Assembly (NCBI GenBank): GCA_965235115.1
Contig: OZ249436.1
Coordinates: 42,410,001-42,474,000, forward strand
DNA: 64,000 nt
Source: Laetmonice hystrix
Lineage: Eukaryota
Direction of reading: 5' to 3'
Position 1 is the stretch's first letter. The number at the start of each line of letters is the position of its first letter. Positions 28,801-43,800 of this stretch are shown piece after piece. Under the pieces are notes generated by a model that had not been told where the DNA came from, did no database searches, and was given only the letters and a program-made list of their open reading frames with translations. A program made the translations under genes and the position numbers.

Positions 28801-31800
28801 TAGTGCCTGTATGTAGAAAATAGAATATAACTACAAGCAGACAGAAAGGAACAACTTTCAATCAAACAGGAAAGATTAACATTTTCATGGTTTCTCACAT
28901 CTACTTAAGACACCGTCAGAATATTAGACACTTTTATTGATGTGAATCTCAAAAGATACACTGATGCCAAAGGCATCTTTCATGTGTTAGCACACGGTAT
29001 TTCTGTTATCAACAGAACGAAATCACTCACCATGCTTTACTGGTCTCAACATTCCAAAAGCAGTGCATGAGAGTGAATGAAGTTACTAACATTTACTGAC
29101 ATTCAACAACCTGTCACAACGACACATGCCTTGAAAACTCAACACTGTGCATCCCAAATAATATACAACCCATGCAGGGCACTACGCGTTTGTTTAAAAA
29201 GAATAAACCCTAAGGTCAAATCAAATTCGTGTCTAACTTTCACAACAAGCAATAACAATAGAATTAGGCCATAATGGACATGTAACACTGTAAGCGTGTG
29301 GAACACCCAAATATGCAGCTGCAAATCTTAGCTAAACCATTTATTTTTAGTCATCACAATTTCTAGGACTAATAGTAGAACTCTTCTGATATCATTAGAT
29401 CAAATACACAAGGTATCGTGAAAATAATCCTATGTGTGAACAAAGGAGGCTTTCAGACTGTATCTCCAAAGCACTGCAGGCTAAGAAATTAGATCTGTTT
29501 TCAAAGTATACGTGCTTTTTTTGTTTTGTTACTCATAAAGGCTTAATATACAGACACTGGATTAACATTTTTGAAAATTTCCCACATTAATTTCAAGTTT
29601 GCATTTTAGCAGGATGGCAATCTGAGAGGATGTTCGGGTTGGTATACTCATCATAGACCTATATCTATATTATAGGTCTACTGTATATTTAAGCAAGGTT
29701 TTACGACAATCTTTGGAAAATAACGAGTTATCCACCCTGCCTCCACCCCAACCTATCTTCCTGTGCAGTGTTGTTTAGAAGTGGACCTTTGAATTAGTTG
29801 GACGATTTAACAGACTGGTGCCAATGTAAACCACCAGGTGGCGTCTAGTTACCTTGTCAGTCTGCGTTGTGGCATTACTTTTGAAGACCTTGCCACCTGG
29901 CCCAAAGTGGCCACACTCGTATTTGGTCTGTAAGTCAAGCCAGCATCAGGCGGGATTAGTTCAAAATATCACCAGCAACCAAGTACAGTAAAATATTCTG
30001 CCAACACAAAGTTCAGGGTTAACCACATGTATGGGAACTTTATGTTAAAATTAATAAAATCAAGTGAGAACATACACCATGCAAAACCTTTCCTTGCAAA
30101 GGCTGAATGGCCACCGTCAAGGTAATAAAAATAGTAATAATTCAAAAAAATATATGTTTAGAACAAGAAAATAAACAAGAAAAAGAAGGGCATTCTCAAA
30201 AGTTGTAAATCATTTGCCTGAAATCAAGAAAAAGTTGCCATGTGCACCTAATTTATCCCCAAGTGCAGGTTTTTTTTCTAGTAAGGTAAGGGGAGAGCAC
30301 ATCGATATTTCCTCAGAAAAATAACATATACATGTATCTCCTTTGCTGAAATGTCAAATGGGGGTGGCTGCTTAATCACAGCTACTAGTGATGTGGACTT
30401 TCAGCACAATCCTATATACATTGTGTATTGTAGCTGTCAATTTGTATTTGAAAACTGAGCATAAATAGCCACCCACAAAAAAAAACTGCCTTATATTACA
30501 TTTAAAGAATATACACCCTGGCCTGGATTCAGCTTGTGTGATTCCTTCTGGCGTTACTAGTTGCACCTGTGAAGATTTCCAACATGCAGTTGGTTAGTTT
30601 TCCAACATGCTCAATTAAACTGGTTGGACAGGTTATTAGATCTGCTGGTCAGGTATTTTTGCTATATTTTTTCACATAAATTTGATCTGGATCTGTCACA
30701 TGATCCCTATAAATAATGGCATAACGAAATAATTAAAAAAAACTAGATTAAACTAACCAAAATATATATGAAAGTTTACCTTTCAAATTATACTGAATTT
30801 CTACTCAATTTGCACTCACATTCCTTGCTTATATTTATATTGCATGTCATGCTTACTATATCACAAATAGCAAAACAGCAAGAAATTTCTTGCTTATGGT
30901 GGCTTACTGACTGATCATCAATACACACATGTCTAATAATCAATCAATGACACGACTTAGAAAGTAGGCTAACATTTTTTTTTACATAAATGCTAAGTCG
31001 ATATTTCCCTACAGAACACTTCTTGCACATGCACAGTCAACCTAACTGAAGCCAACATATACCGGTATGAGGAAACTGGCAATGAAATCAGATAATCCAT
31101 CCGATCCAATCGTCACCAGCGGCAAACCTGAGTTATGGTACTCACCATCTGCTGCTGCAAGAGTTTGATAGTCCGCTCCTGCTCGTCTAGTTGCTGCTGC
31201 ATTGACGCAACCTGTTGCCGCAGCTGGCTATTCTCCTATGTACAAAGGTCGTTTGTGTCAATGTACATAATGGGTTTCATACAATTAATTTACCATCATG
31301 GCCACATGGTGTCTATGATAATGGCCCCTGATACTTGGGTTAGTTTTGACCTATATACGGAAAAATTATATCAGGCAATCAACATCTACCATTACAGAAG
31401 TTGTAAGTACTCTAAATCATTTCAAAATTTCATGATTTTCCATATATTGGATCCCTGTTTTTAACACAGTACAGCAAATAACCAAGCGTAAAGCATAGTC
31501 AAGACCAATGAGTGAATTAAACAGAGTACATGTATTAATTTCCATGACTATTTCAAGATTTCATTGGAATCTTTCTCGTCTTATTTTTTACAGGCATTTT
31601 ACAAGCTGTATTTTACAGGGAATAATTACAAGTTTACACTTTACAAGTGCACTTTACAAGTTTTATTTATGGGCTTTGGTTATGGAAATAGGAAATGCCA
31701 TAATTCGCAGGACTTCCGTGACCCATGTGCACCTTGCTATTAATCCTGCACTGATATCAGATATCAGCTTCCACTTGCCAGCTTTCGCTCTGAGCATGGA

Positions 31801-34800
31801 TAACCCTTTAAGTTTAACGGTCAATTTAACGTCCAACCTTTCCAGGTAGCTGACCTGCAGAACAGTTGGGAGAAAAACCAACAGTAACACATTTGGAATA
31901 TCCTCGGTTTAGATCGTACACATCGAATATAATGCATTTCTTTGTGTTTCCATCTAATAGAAAAGTATGTTCATCATTGCCATCCATGCAAAGATGTGAC
32001 AAACATGCTCTGCCATAGTAGGTGCTAAATAACCCAGCTTGGAACTGAGTCTTAAACTATATTATTGTTGTGCAGATGATCATGAATCAATACTGACTCG
32101 ACCTGTGCCCTTCAATCCTTACCAACTGTACTACCGGTACGTCACTGTGAAATTTTTTTGTGTAACCACGGCAAAACAAAACATCGCTGGACAGTGAAAG
32201 TTTTTTCTCACAATTTTGCACAGAAACATCATTTTATACTTAAGGCATTTGTCTTAAACTACTGTTAAATCGTGAACATTGCTTTCTTTTGTGAGCGGTT
32301 GTTTCTCATCCTGTTGCTACTCACTGTGGCTAAGACCTCATTCTCCTCTGCAATCCTATCCTGAGTGACATTGAACGACTATAGTTTGTGGGACATTGTC
32401 TGCTACAACTTCAGAGTAGGTCAAATCCCTTTACACTACTTGGTTATACACCATAAAGCCAACATACACAAGCAAGCCTTACTATCATTTTTGTATAAGA
32501 TAACTGTTTTGGCTGGTGACCAGAGTGCAAATATACCGCCTGCCAAAGTCTACATTTTACATAAACAACTTACACCTGTAATAGATTAGCCATCAATGAT
32601 CATCCAAACACATATTTCCTACACTGTGCCCACCTGAAAGCACCTAAAGACCCGACCTCTGTGTACATGATCTCTCTACTGACTCCCACCGCTAATTTGC
32701 TGGCCAGATATGAACAAGTACATCCATCATTGCAGGGCACGATTTTAAAATGGGTCCTAAATGCATAGAAAATTTTGCTATACAAAATCTCATTTGCATA
32801 ACATTTGCTATGTATGCAGAGCAAATTTGTATTTTATGAAAAATGTTGAAAATAATAGTAATAATTTTTAAATGACTGTGCAATACTCAAAATTTTGTGT
32901 ATTAAATGGGTATGGTGTTTACCGGTAATATTGATGGTATTGCATTTTTTGCAAGACAATTTTTGTCTTTCATCGCAAAGGGGTTCAAAATGAATCACAT
33001 TTTGCAATGCGATACCGGTTAAACCGAGTCCTGCACTGTAATTAGTTTCCAACCCAGGAGATGCACTAGAAAGCACCAGCATGACAATTAACACAACCTC
33101 CATAACCAGCATACAACAATTACCTGCATAACTTCCGTCGTGTTAACCTGTCCAGAGTCAGCAAATGCAAAGGTTCCATCACTGTTAACCATCGGACTGC
33201 TTGGCGTACTCCCTCCACCAAACTTGTAGCCATTCTGGAAAAACAATTACAGTATTACTCTACTGATGGAGCTCTTTTAATGTTTACAATCACTTTGATA
33301 TATTTCACGCTGAAGAAATTTTCTCAGATTTTAGAAACCTGTCTACAACCTTACCTTCAGAGTGCCAGCAAACGTCACATTGCCAAATGGGGATCCTATT
33401 TCCTCCTGGAGAGAAACGTTTACCATACTTACTTGTTTTATATAAAAATAAAGAGACTTCACAGACTGATTCATGCTAGGTTTACAGGTAATAGAAAATT
33501 GATACCAAGTTAAACTGGAAAATGTACAACAGAATAATTTTTTCCTACCAGAATTCAACTACTTTTACTGTGTTAAGATGAACCTTGCCACAAGCAGCGG
33601 AGAACTGCCTGCACTGTGTGCATGTAGGCAAGTCTGTTTTGTTGGCAACACACAAATCAAAAGGCCCCTAAAATTGAAAAATAAGATGTTTCTTATACCT
33701 CTTGGATGATGCGCTTGAGCTTAAGCAGCATCGTTTTGAAGCTTGTAATGTCCTGCATCACATAGCGGAAGGTGTTGGCGTCCACGCCGACCTGCTCCTC
33801 CTCACTAATCGAGGGCACTGCCTTACGCTGCCGGAACTGGACAGGCCTTTCAGGCTTTGGTTCCGACATCAGTGGACCCGGGAACGATGCTGGACGCTCA
33901 CGGCCAAACTTTGGGGGCCGTCTGGAAGGAACCAAGGCAGTGATTATGTCAGGCTACTGGGTCTCATCACTGGGACCAATAAAAAGATTGATCAAAGCAA
34001 TTCAGGGAGAAAACCTTTTAAAGAAAGCAAAATAATGTGTTATCAACGTCTGTTAATTCCAATCAGCACCATCTTGGTTCACAGTTATGTTGTTCCATTT
34101 TAGTTGTATGTGTAACAGGTCTAGGTACACGGTAACGTTCCCTGATAAATGTTGCAAGTCACCTATTTGAAAGCAAATGCCGCAAGACATTTCAGCAATC
34201 AGTGTGTGGGAGTATGGGAACAATACTTGGAACGGGGGAAAAACACGTTCAAGCAAGAATTTAGGTCACTGGGATGAAATAAGTCCTTGTCCAGTAGAAC
34301 GTGTCAAACCTAGTTGTTAAAAAAAACTGTAAAAATACACTTCAGTGCACATCAGCATTTTATAAACTGGCACAGTAGGTGCTTACCCTTCCTACATTCT
34401 TGGGGTCAGACTTTTAAAACTCACTCTGAGTAAATAGGCTACTTAGTGAAACATCTGTTTCATGGCTGTCAAAAAGTGAAAGGTCTGCTATTGTGTCAAA
34501 GTGTAGTATCCATGGTATATTCATTGCTTTGTTATATTTACTCTTCTGACAATATAAATTCCAGTTACTGTGATCAATACAAAACTTGTAATAAAACAAA
34601 TTCAAATAGTCATGGTTAAGTCAACGTTTTCAGGGGTTGAAAATTTCCCCACAGATGCAAACATGGAAATAATTTCTTCTGAAAGTAGGTTTTACAATAT
34701 GTATATAACAGTCAACCTTCAGAGAAGCAATACATGATATTTTTATCTATCTTTTTCCAGCTGTTTCAACATCAAGTGTGCATAGTTAGTACTCATTTAG

Positions 34801-37800
34801 TGCCTAGTTACAACTAAAACAATTATCTCTAACCTTTTATCTTCAGAAGCCCAGCCCACATAAACTGACTTTAATTATCAACAAAATTCATTCATAAAAT
34901 GTCACAGAGCTGTACATACATAGGTAGTTGACATTCTAGTCATGTTGTACCAGTTTATATGGCAGGGTGGTGGAAAACTGCACGGTATGTTTCACAGACC
35001 CGGGATGTGGGATGACCTGAATGCTAACTCTGCTATGGATACACGTCCTCCATAGCCTAAAGCTAATATGGTAAGGAAAACTTGTAGAAGACTTACAATC
35101 TCAAATACTGATACCATGAGACAATTTGGATCTAACAGAAAATCTGCATACAACCTTTATATAGCCACCATACGTGTATCAATTTAGCCAGGAGTCCTGA
35201 TTTAGAAAAAACTGCAACATAGCTAGATATGCACTGGCTTTTTGAGTAGCCTACTGCAAATTCAGAGATTTGCAAATGTTTTTCATTTGGCACAAAATCA
35301 GGATAACCAGCAAAACACTGTCAAAAATAGTAATTGAGCATGGCCTAGCTGTGAATTCTATTAAAATATGACTGCGACAAGATATTTTGGCCATTCAATC
35401 TTCAAGTGCATCTGGCATGATAACTCTGAAGTAAAATCAAGCTTTCTGTCGATTATCCGCTGTACATGTACGCTGTACGAGTCACCAACAGGCACAATGC
35501 GTTAACCGTGGCCATAACCAGTTGGATGTTGCATGTATGTTGTCTAAATAACACGGACATTGTGTCGACTGCCATCGCTGGCGTACACACATTGTCTCCC
35601 ATACTCAGACCTCCAGTGTTGGCAAGCAATGACACAGTTCTGCGTCTCAATCCTACGTGTGTGCAATTAAAAACAGGATCCTACTACTACTACGGAATTA
35701 ATCATCAAACTACATGATGTGTATGTGATCTCGACACCAAGTGCTACACTTTCATTTCTCAATCCAACCATACAGACCTCTCCGATTACTCCATAATAAC
35801 ATAAATCAATAGCCTTTTTTGTATACACTGTAAATTAAAACAAGAGCGTTCACTCCCAAAGTTTTGCAACGTTCATATACTGGTATTTGTAACTTAGAAA
35901 TGTTCATACATTTTGTATTCTTGAATTTCACAACTGTCCTATGGTTAATAAGAAGACTCTCCTACGATTGCTAAGTGCTAAGAGTCCAAATACCTGAACA
36001 ATTTGGACAGCCAAGGTTACAACTCACTAGTAATCCTCTCACCCTACACTGGCCACACTATGAAAGTCTAGGTAGACAATTAGTTAGCATAGTGTCACTA
36101 TGACAGGTAACTAGATAGATAATTAGCAAATGTGAGATACTTTGTAATATGTACACAGTGAATGGGCCCATTGGAATGTCCCCTCAGGCAAGATTTCTAT
36201 TTACAGATCACTTTGCCTGCTACGATGATTGGAAAATCTCACTAAAATATTTCTAACCAAGGTGTGGAAGTCGCCGTTGAGTCAGTATTTTGTTAAGCTA
36301 TATTACTGTTAGTCCAGTATCTAGCAGCATCAGTTTTTCATTGATGGGTAAAAGAGCAGTTAAAGTTGCAGGAGTTTATGTCGTCCTAATACCTGAGACG
36401 ACAAACGTTCAACAACAAGCTTACCTTGTCACATCTGACCCCGGAAAAATGGGGCAAACTATATGATGTCTACAACGAAAACAAGCAAGTTTCTAATATA
36501 ATTTCCTTTTGTAGTGATCAAGACTGCTTAGCTATTCATTCAGCGCACATTTTGTTCAATATTGCGTCATGAAACGCAATACAAAATACAGTATTTGCTA
36601 AGCAATTTCAAAAATAATTAGCACTTATCGCTAATCAAAAAAGTTCAGCCCTAAACTCTGTAGCTATTATTGATCTGAATAAGTTGAACACTTGTTCTCA
36701 CTGTGAAGATGACCCCAGATATGGACACAGCCTCAAGCCATAAATCACTCACTCACTACCTCACTCACTCAGGACCTCCTGAGTACACCTTTCATGTTCA
36801 AAAAGTAAAAAATATGACACTGGGTATGTATTCATTCTGTAGCATATGAGCAAATAGTGAGATTGGTTTTGAAAATGCAGTTCAAATTAGCAATAACCCA
36901 CTGAGCTGGACGTACCCGAGAATATCCTCAATAAATACTGACTAAGTACTGATGATGTCACACATGTATGTCATGTCACTTCATAAACCTCACAACTGTA
37001 CAGGGACACTTCCTGCACAAAATGTGTCTGTGCCAGTCATCCTACTTGGAACTGCTTGGATTAGTAAAAATACATGTACATTTGTACCAGTTTTCTTGGT
37101 GGTCACTCTAGGCAGTGGCCCTCTGCTAGCCAATATATCGACCCACTCACTGCGTACATGCACTACGTTTGAGGCACCACGCGTAGCATTACAAGGATGG
37201 CCACATCTAGCTCTCTGCCAACAACCCAACCACACAGTGCCCTACATCATGTGCAGCGCACTTTGGAAGATAATGGTTAATATTATCAAGATCACGCCAG
37301 GTGATAAATTATAATGAGCATGTAAATACCAGGGATAACTCATGTGATCCTCATTAAAATCATTTTGTTCTCGTCGGGCGATTAGTCTATTATGGATACA
37401 AAATGTGCTCCTAATCAATCAAGAGTAGAAATAACTTTATTTCCTAGAATTACATTTATGGTAATTAATCTAGAAAAAGATCAATAGAAAATTTACAAAT
37501 GATGTCACAATTTATCACTTTTTTTACTCAGAAAATAAAGCTGACAATGCTGGTCAGACCACTCAAACTCAAAGACATGTAGTAAAGACCTATATTTTGT
37601 TTTCCCTCAAATCTCGGTACCCCCCTCCCCCTGTGATGTGGTTGGCTTGGCTCAGGTCAGTGTGCATGAGTGTTTGGCAGACAAGCTATCCATCAGTCTG
37701 ACAGTTGTAAGGGCCTGGCCGCAGGCCTGCCGTTTGTCTGCAGGTCGCAGAACACCATCATTACTAGGCCATCCGTGGATACTTGCCTCTACCACTCAAC

Positions 37801-40800
37801 GTCCTTGGACAAATGTCATCCAAGAATGTGGTGGCTCCACAATGAGCCACCACCAAGTATCTGTGACTGAATACCTGAGAAAACTATATGATCTGACAGG
37901 TTTGATAACGAAGTCTATTCACCTTGTGATGGGTATTCTTCTTGTATATCAAGGATAAATCACATGGTGGATTATGGCCATTAAAATCTGTTTCCTTTAT
38001 TGCTTTAAACAACTGTAAAATTGTCTAAATTATCAAAAGTTAACTGCCAAGTATGCCACAAACGGTCACTTGTTGCTGAGTGACAGAAAAATTATTATCA
38101 AGTGGCACTATGTTGTCATCTTTCAAGAAATTTTTTTTTTGCTTTTTAATTTGACGAATGACAGGTCATTTCATAGTTCAGGAACAGAAACACCTCAACT
38201 ATACAGTCCATGACCAAAAACACTGTAACTGTACCCAGATGTGATCGTCACGACACAAGACACAAAAAAAGTTCACTGTTCTGCATCCTGAAAACGTGTT
38301 TCGGGTCACTGTAGACCTTCTCTCTCCCATGGCTTGTCAGGACACGCTACCCGAACATGAATTAACCCTTTACTCTCTGATCTCAGCCAGGCCCACTACT
38401 AGTACAACTTGGCAAACTGTAAATAATCTGAGATCTCACCGTTGCCAACCTCGGCCTTGACAGTGATACTGTGAATTTGGGCCATGGTTCCTTTCACCAT
38501 CCTTGTTTTACTGTATACCAAATTCTATAATTCCGACAATCAATCTTTTATTAGATAAATGTCATGATAAATCTGTTCCTTGAGAGGCTGTGTCTGAAAC
38601 CAACATTTAAATTTAGAGTCTGGTTCCAAAATAATTTCAACAGACCATTGCAGTATCTTGCATACATGTTCATATAACTATTTGACCCTCAACCATTGAT
38701 GGTTAACATTCAGTAAATTTTAACCATTTAATAAAATTTTAAAAGTAAATTTCCTTGGAATGGGACCAAGGGTAATTTTCTCCTATTAATAATCAGGCCT
38801 TGTGTTTTGAAAAAATGCAGGTGAGTGAAAAACAGCTTGCCTAGATCAACTTTTTATCTAGGCTAGGCGAGCTGTTTTTTTTTATGTTATTTCTAATCAT
38901 AATTCCAGATATGATTCTCAGAGGTAAGTATCTATAAAGGGTTCTCAGAGGTGAATATTCTATAGGCATAAGAGTATATTGGATATGTTGTGTTAGTGCA
39001 CAGGCGAGCGATTTTTTGGGGTTAATTTTGGCTAGGCGGGTGGTTTTTAGCCTGCCTCGATGGCATTTTATCATGCTTGCAAGTGATCGCTCACCTTAAA
39101 ACACAAGGCCTGAATAATTATTCCAATTACTGTTAATTATAATAAATAGCAGCAGGAGTTAAAGAAGTAATCTCTGCCTTCTGCAGTCAACAACTCCCAT
39201 TCCATGCCTCACCTATGTCTCACCTATGAAGAGGACAATACCTTCTTTCTCACTGAATGCAACATACAGAGAACTTAGATGACTTTGAACCTAGGAGTCT
39301 ACCAGAAAATGTGTATACCCGGTATGGTACCAGTTCTCTACAAGAATAATGTGCCTTAGTCTTGTTGACATGTGTCAAATACCACAGCATGTATACTCTC
39401 TGTAATGCTGTTTACAGACAAGGCCTTTTCCTTGGGCTTGTTCTCCTCAGCTTACTGTGGCAGAAATGGCAGGTCGAGCACCTTCACTTTTTTGACCAGT
39501 TTCACCCCTGCTATAAAACTGTTGTCTGATATAAACTCCTTTCTGGATATTACAGGCTATATGTAGGATTGAGAGATTGGTATATTTGTATACCAAGTCA
39601 ATGTCAACTAGACCCCGTCGGAGTCACAGCCCCCAACTGAGTAGGAACAAATTTTCTGTGGGTCCAGGAACTATGTGTACTTTTGGCACGCTTGTTACCC
39701 CTCATGCTTTTCTGTCAGCAAGAACGAAATCCAGAAAAGAGTTATTGCTTCGAATTTCTTTATATCCAAGATGGCCACGAAGCAGCCATTTTTAATGATA
39801 TGTTTGACCTGTGTCCTCCCTATAGACTGTCCCTGGTTATTATGTAATGTTTCACGCAAGATTAGATGCTGTTATCTTCAACTGGTTTGGAGGTACAGGC
39901 ATTAAAATATGCATGACCTTTCAAGGTCGCTCAAGGTCATGGAAAATGGCGCCAAATCAAACTTCATATATGACTTCCTATCTGTCAATAATAGTAACTA
40001 TTGCCTTTTATTTTATGGCTGCCGCACTTCCCCTGTCCTGATTGGTCAGTTCCCTGTCACGTGAGCACAGATAAAAACTAATATTGCACGGAAAAAGTAG
40101 GCCTAATATTGACCAGTCAATATTACTTTTGCACTGCAGTCAAGTGTTCTCACCCTCGCGTGCAAATAGGCTCTTAGGCATTCTTAACGTAACAGCCTGG
40201 AGGGGTGACAGCGTATGATAGCAAAGCGGAAACTACGCGAGGCTGAGTTCAGAATCTTGTATAACCTCTAGTCTAGGCTAGCTCTAGGCCTAGCTAGATA
40301 AAGCAGCCATGAACACTATGGATCCCTGTAGCCTATCTAATTTCCCGACATGAGAAGTTTATGTGGTGACTGATGGTCATGGTTTTGATCATGGTTTACT
40401 GGTAGAATTGTGAGTACTGACTCACTGAGGCTCAGCGTACCGGTAGGCCTAGGTCTATATGATGAGTCTTATGGAGTAAAGTTAAACTGACTGTGCAGTC
40501 GTCGATATTGCTTCGCGTCGTGCAATATCAGTTGCCATCGTGCCATAAATTTTCATATTGCACTCAACCAAGTGCCATATTTGTATAATATTGCACCGTT
40601 TTCGAGATATGAGCCAAAACAGTGTTATTGGGGGGACATTAATATGGCCGCCATGTCGCCGCTCTGATCTGGCAATGTATTGGCACACACATTGCCCCTC
40701 ATATGCACCTTCTTTCCACCAAATTTTAAAGACATCAGGATCGTTTTGTCTGAGGTATTGCTCCAAATCATATATGAGGAATCTTTTGACACCATTTAAT

Positions 40801-43800
40801 TTGACCTTGGGTTGACATTTCAAGGTCATTTGAGGTCAGGTGTTATTTATAGATTAGGAAGTCATATAATTATGTAGTTTCATTTGGCGCCATTTTCCAT
40901 GACCGTGAGCGACCTTGAAAGGTCAATCAAGGTCATGCATTTCAATAGCCTGGATCTTCAAAACAGTTGAAGATGCAGGTCAATGATATTTTTGACATCA
41001 GTCAAAATGGCCGTGTGGTGGCCATCTTGGATATAAAATGGCCACCACACGGCCATTTTGACTGATGTCAAAAATATCCTCATATATGACTTCCTATTCG
41101 CTCCCCATAGTAACTTTACCCACACCTCGCCCCATTGTCAAGTTATACACCACTAAAGTCTAATGACATTGCCAACAACACAAACATGGCTGCCGATCGG
41201 CCATATTGGATCCGAACTGAAAACAAAATGACGTGTATGTTTGCCCCATGAACCCCTATCGTTGTGCCAAGTTTGAATGAAAATGGTATTCTTTTAACAG
41301 AGATATGCCTGTATATGTCTATTTTGCCAATATGGCTGTCGAGCGGCCATCTTGGACGCACTCTTCAAAATCTTGATCATGGTGAATTGTAATATAAGCC
41401 TCTCTTTGCATAATGCATCGTAGCACTAAAGGACTTGAAGAACACCATTTCTGACATAGTGATCCTTAATAAACACCTGACCTCAAATGACCTTGAAATG
41501 TCAACCCAAGGTCAAATAAAATGGTGTCAAAAGATTCCTCATATATGACTTCCTATTCGCTCCCCATAGTAACTTTACCCACACCTCGCCCCATTGTCAA
41601 GTTATACGCCACTAAAGTCTAATGACATTGCCAACAACACAAACATGGCTGCCGATCGGCCATATTGGATCCGAACTGAAAACAAAATGACGCGTATGTT
41701 TGCCCCATGAACCCCTATCGTTGTGCCAAGTTTGAATGAAAATGGTATTCTTTTAACAGAGATATGCCTGTATATGTCTATTTTGCCAATATGGCTGTCG
41801 AGCGGCCATCTTGGACGCACTCTTCAAAATCTTGATCATGGTGAATTGTAATATAAGCCTCTCTTTGCATAATGCATCGTAGCACTAAAGGACTTGAAGA
41901 ACACCATTTCTGACATAGTGATCCTTAATAAACACCTGACCTCAAATGACCTTGAAATGTCAACCCAAGGTCAAATAAAATGGTGTCAAAAGATTCCTCA
42001 TATATGACTTCCTATTCGCTCCCCATAGTAACTTTACCCACACCTCGCCCCATTGTCAAGTTATACGCCACTAAAGTCTAATGACATTGCCAACAACACA
42101 AACATGGCTGCCGATCGGCCATATTGGATCCGAACTGAAAACAAAATGACGTGTATGTTTGCCCCATGAACCCCTATCGTTGTGCCAAGTTTAAATGAAA
42201 ATGGTATTCTTTTAACAGAGATATCGCTGTAAATGTGTATTTCACCAATATGGCTGCCAGGCGGCCATCTTGGATCGTATCAAAAAATCCTTTGACGTGC
42301 ATCATGCCAGGATGGTACCTGATCTTGTGTTCAAATATGAAAATGATTGTTTCGCACGTTTCTGAGATATCGCTGTTCACGGACGGACGGACGGACGGAC
42401 GGACGGACGGACGGACGTACGGACGTACGTACGGACGGACGGACAGAGGGTGAATCATAAGCCACCAAAACCCGATGGGTTTGGGGGCTAAAAACTGCAC
42501 ATATTCACAATCAATTACCAGTGTAAACATTAAAGTCAAGGTGTCAGCTACTAGAACAGTGAGTGTGATAAAGTGATTCCTTATCATAATCCTAATAGAG
42601 CTTCTGCACACTATGGCAATATTTGATGTGTACTGTGCTAATACTTGGGTGTTAACACATACCTTTCCATAGACAGAAATTACAATCAGTAATATGCTAC
42701 TCCACCCACCCAAAAACAGTTGACAATTTAAGCAAATTGAAGTCACAGATCTATGATTATCATGATAATTATATACTATAAAATCCACACTAATTATGTA
42801 CTCAAGTCATTGTATTAAGGTCATGTGCTACACTAAGTCACATCCACTATCAATGTGTTGTATTATCTATTTTGATAGAATTTTTTTTTTTATTTCTGAT
42901 TTTAAAAAGGTAAAAATATCCATGCTGAATTGTGTGTGGACAGTCTATAGAAAATGCACGTTGCAGTTAATTTCAGTGCATCTCACACTAATCTGGGGGC
43001 CACCAGGGTAAACCCAACATTTTGCACAGGCATTATTTATCATAAACCTCAGCTTAAGGTTATATAACAAAAAAGTAACCACGGTGACATATAGATATCT
43101 AAACATTTTCAAAATAAAAATCAACATCTGAGTGCAGGAAACATACTTTGTAAAGGCTGGGAATTTTAGTCCATTGACCTGCTAAATTACGTAATGAGTG
43201 GCATGAAAAAAAACACAATAATGAAATTTTAAGTAAAAAACTCACCTTTGGATGGCAGTAGTGCCACAGTTACTCATCATTGTTGTGAGTTCAGCTACAG
43301 CCTCGCTTGTTGATGCTGTCCGCCCACGCTCACGGCCACTCTCTGATTGGCCCTTGCCACTATTTGTTCGCCAAATTCCTCCAGATTCCCCTGTATTCCG
43401 TCGTAAAATGGGACGTTTGTCGACTTTGGACAATCCAATAGTAGGCTGTGACATGGAAAGCCCATCTCGAGACTGGAGTCTTGGACGATTAGCTCTCCAA
43501 GGATTAGATGAAGCTGACCTTTCAAGTGATGTCATGGACACCATCGGCATGTCCTCCTCCAGTAAAATATCTGTTTCTAGCATTAGGTCATCAGAATTGA
43601 AACTACCCACTGAGCTCGTTTCTAACGAGTCCAATCGAGCCAGCGGTGCAATTCCTGGCGTAACACTTAGACCATCCAAGTCATTGTCATCTTTAAGATC
43701 ACTACAATCAAGCCTAAGTTTCTCCCCCTTGGACAACACATTCATAGTCTGTTTGACTTCCTTCACCTCGGGGGCACTTTGCAACACTGTTTCTACAGTT

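Noticed and set aside
42174..42788. 204-aa minus-strand ORF with VRPS repeats
   Set aside because: Runs through the (GGAC)n microsatellite and repeat core; no protein-family signal.
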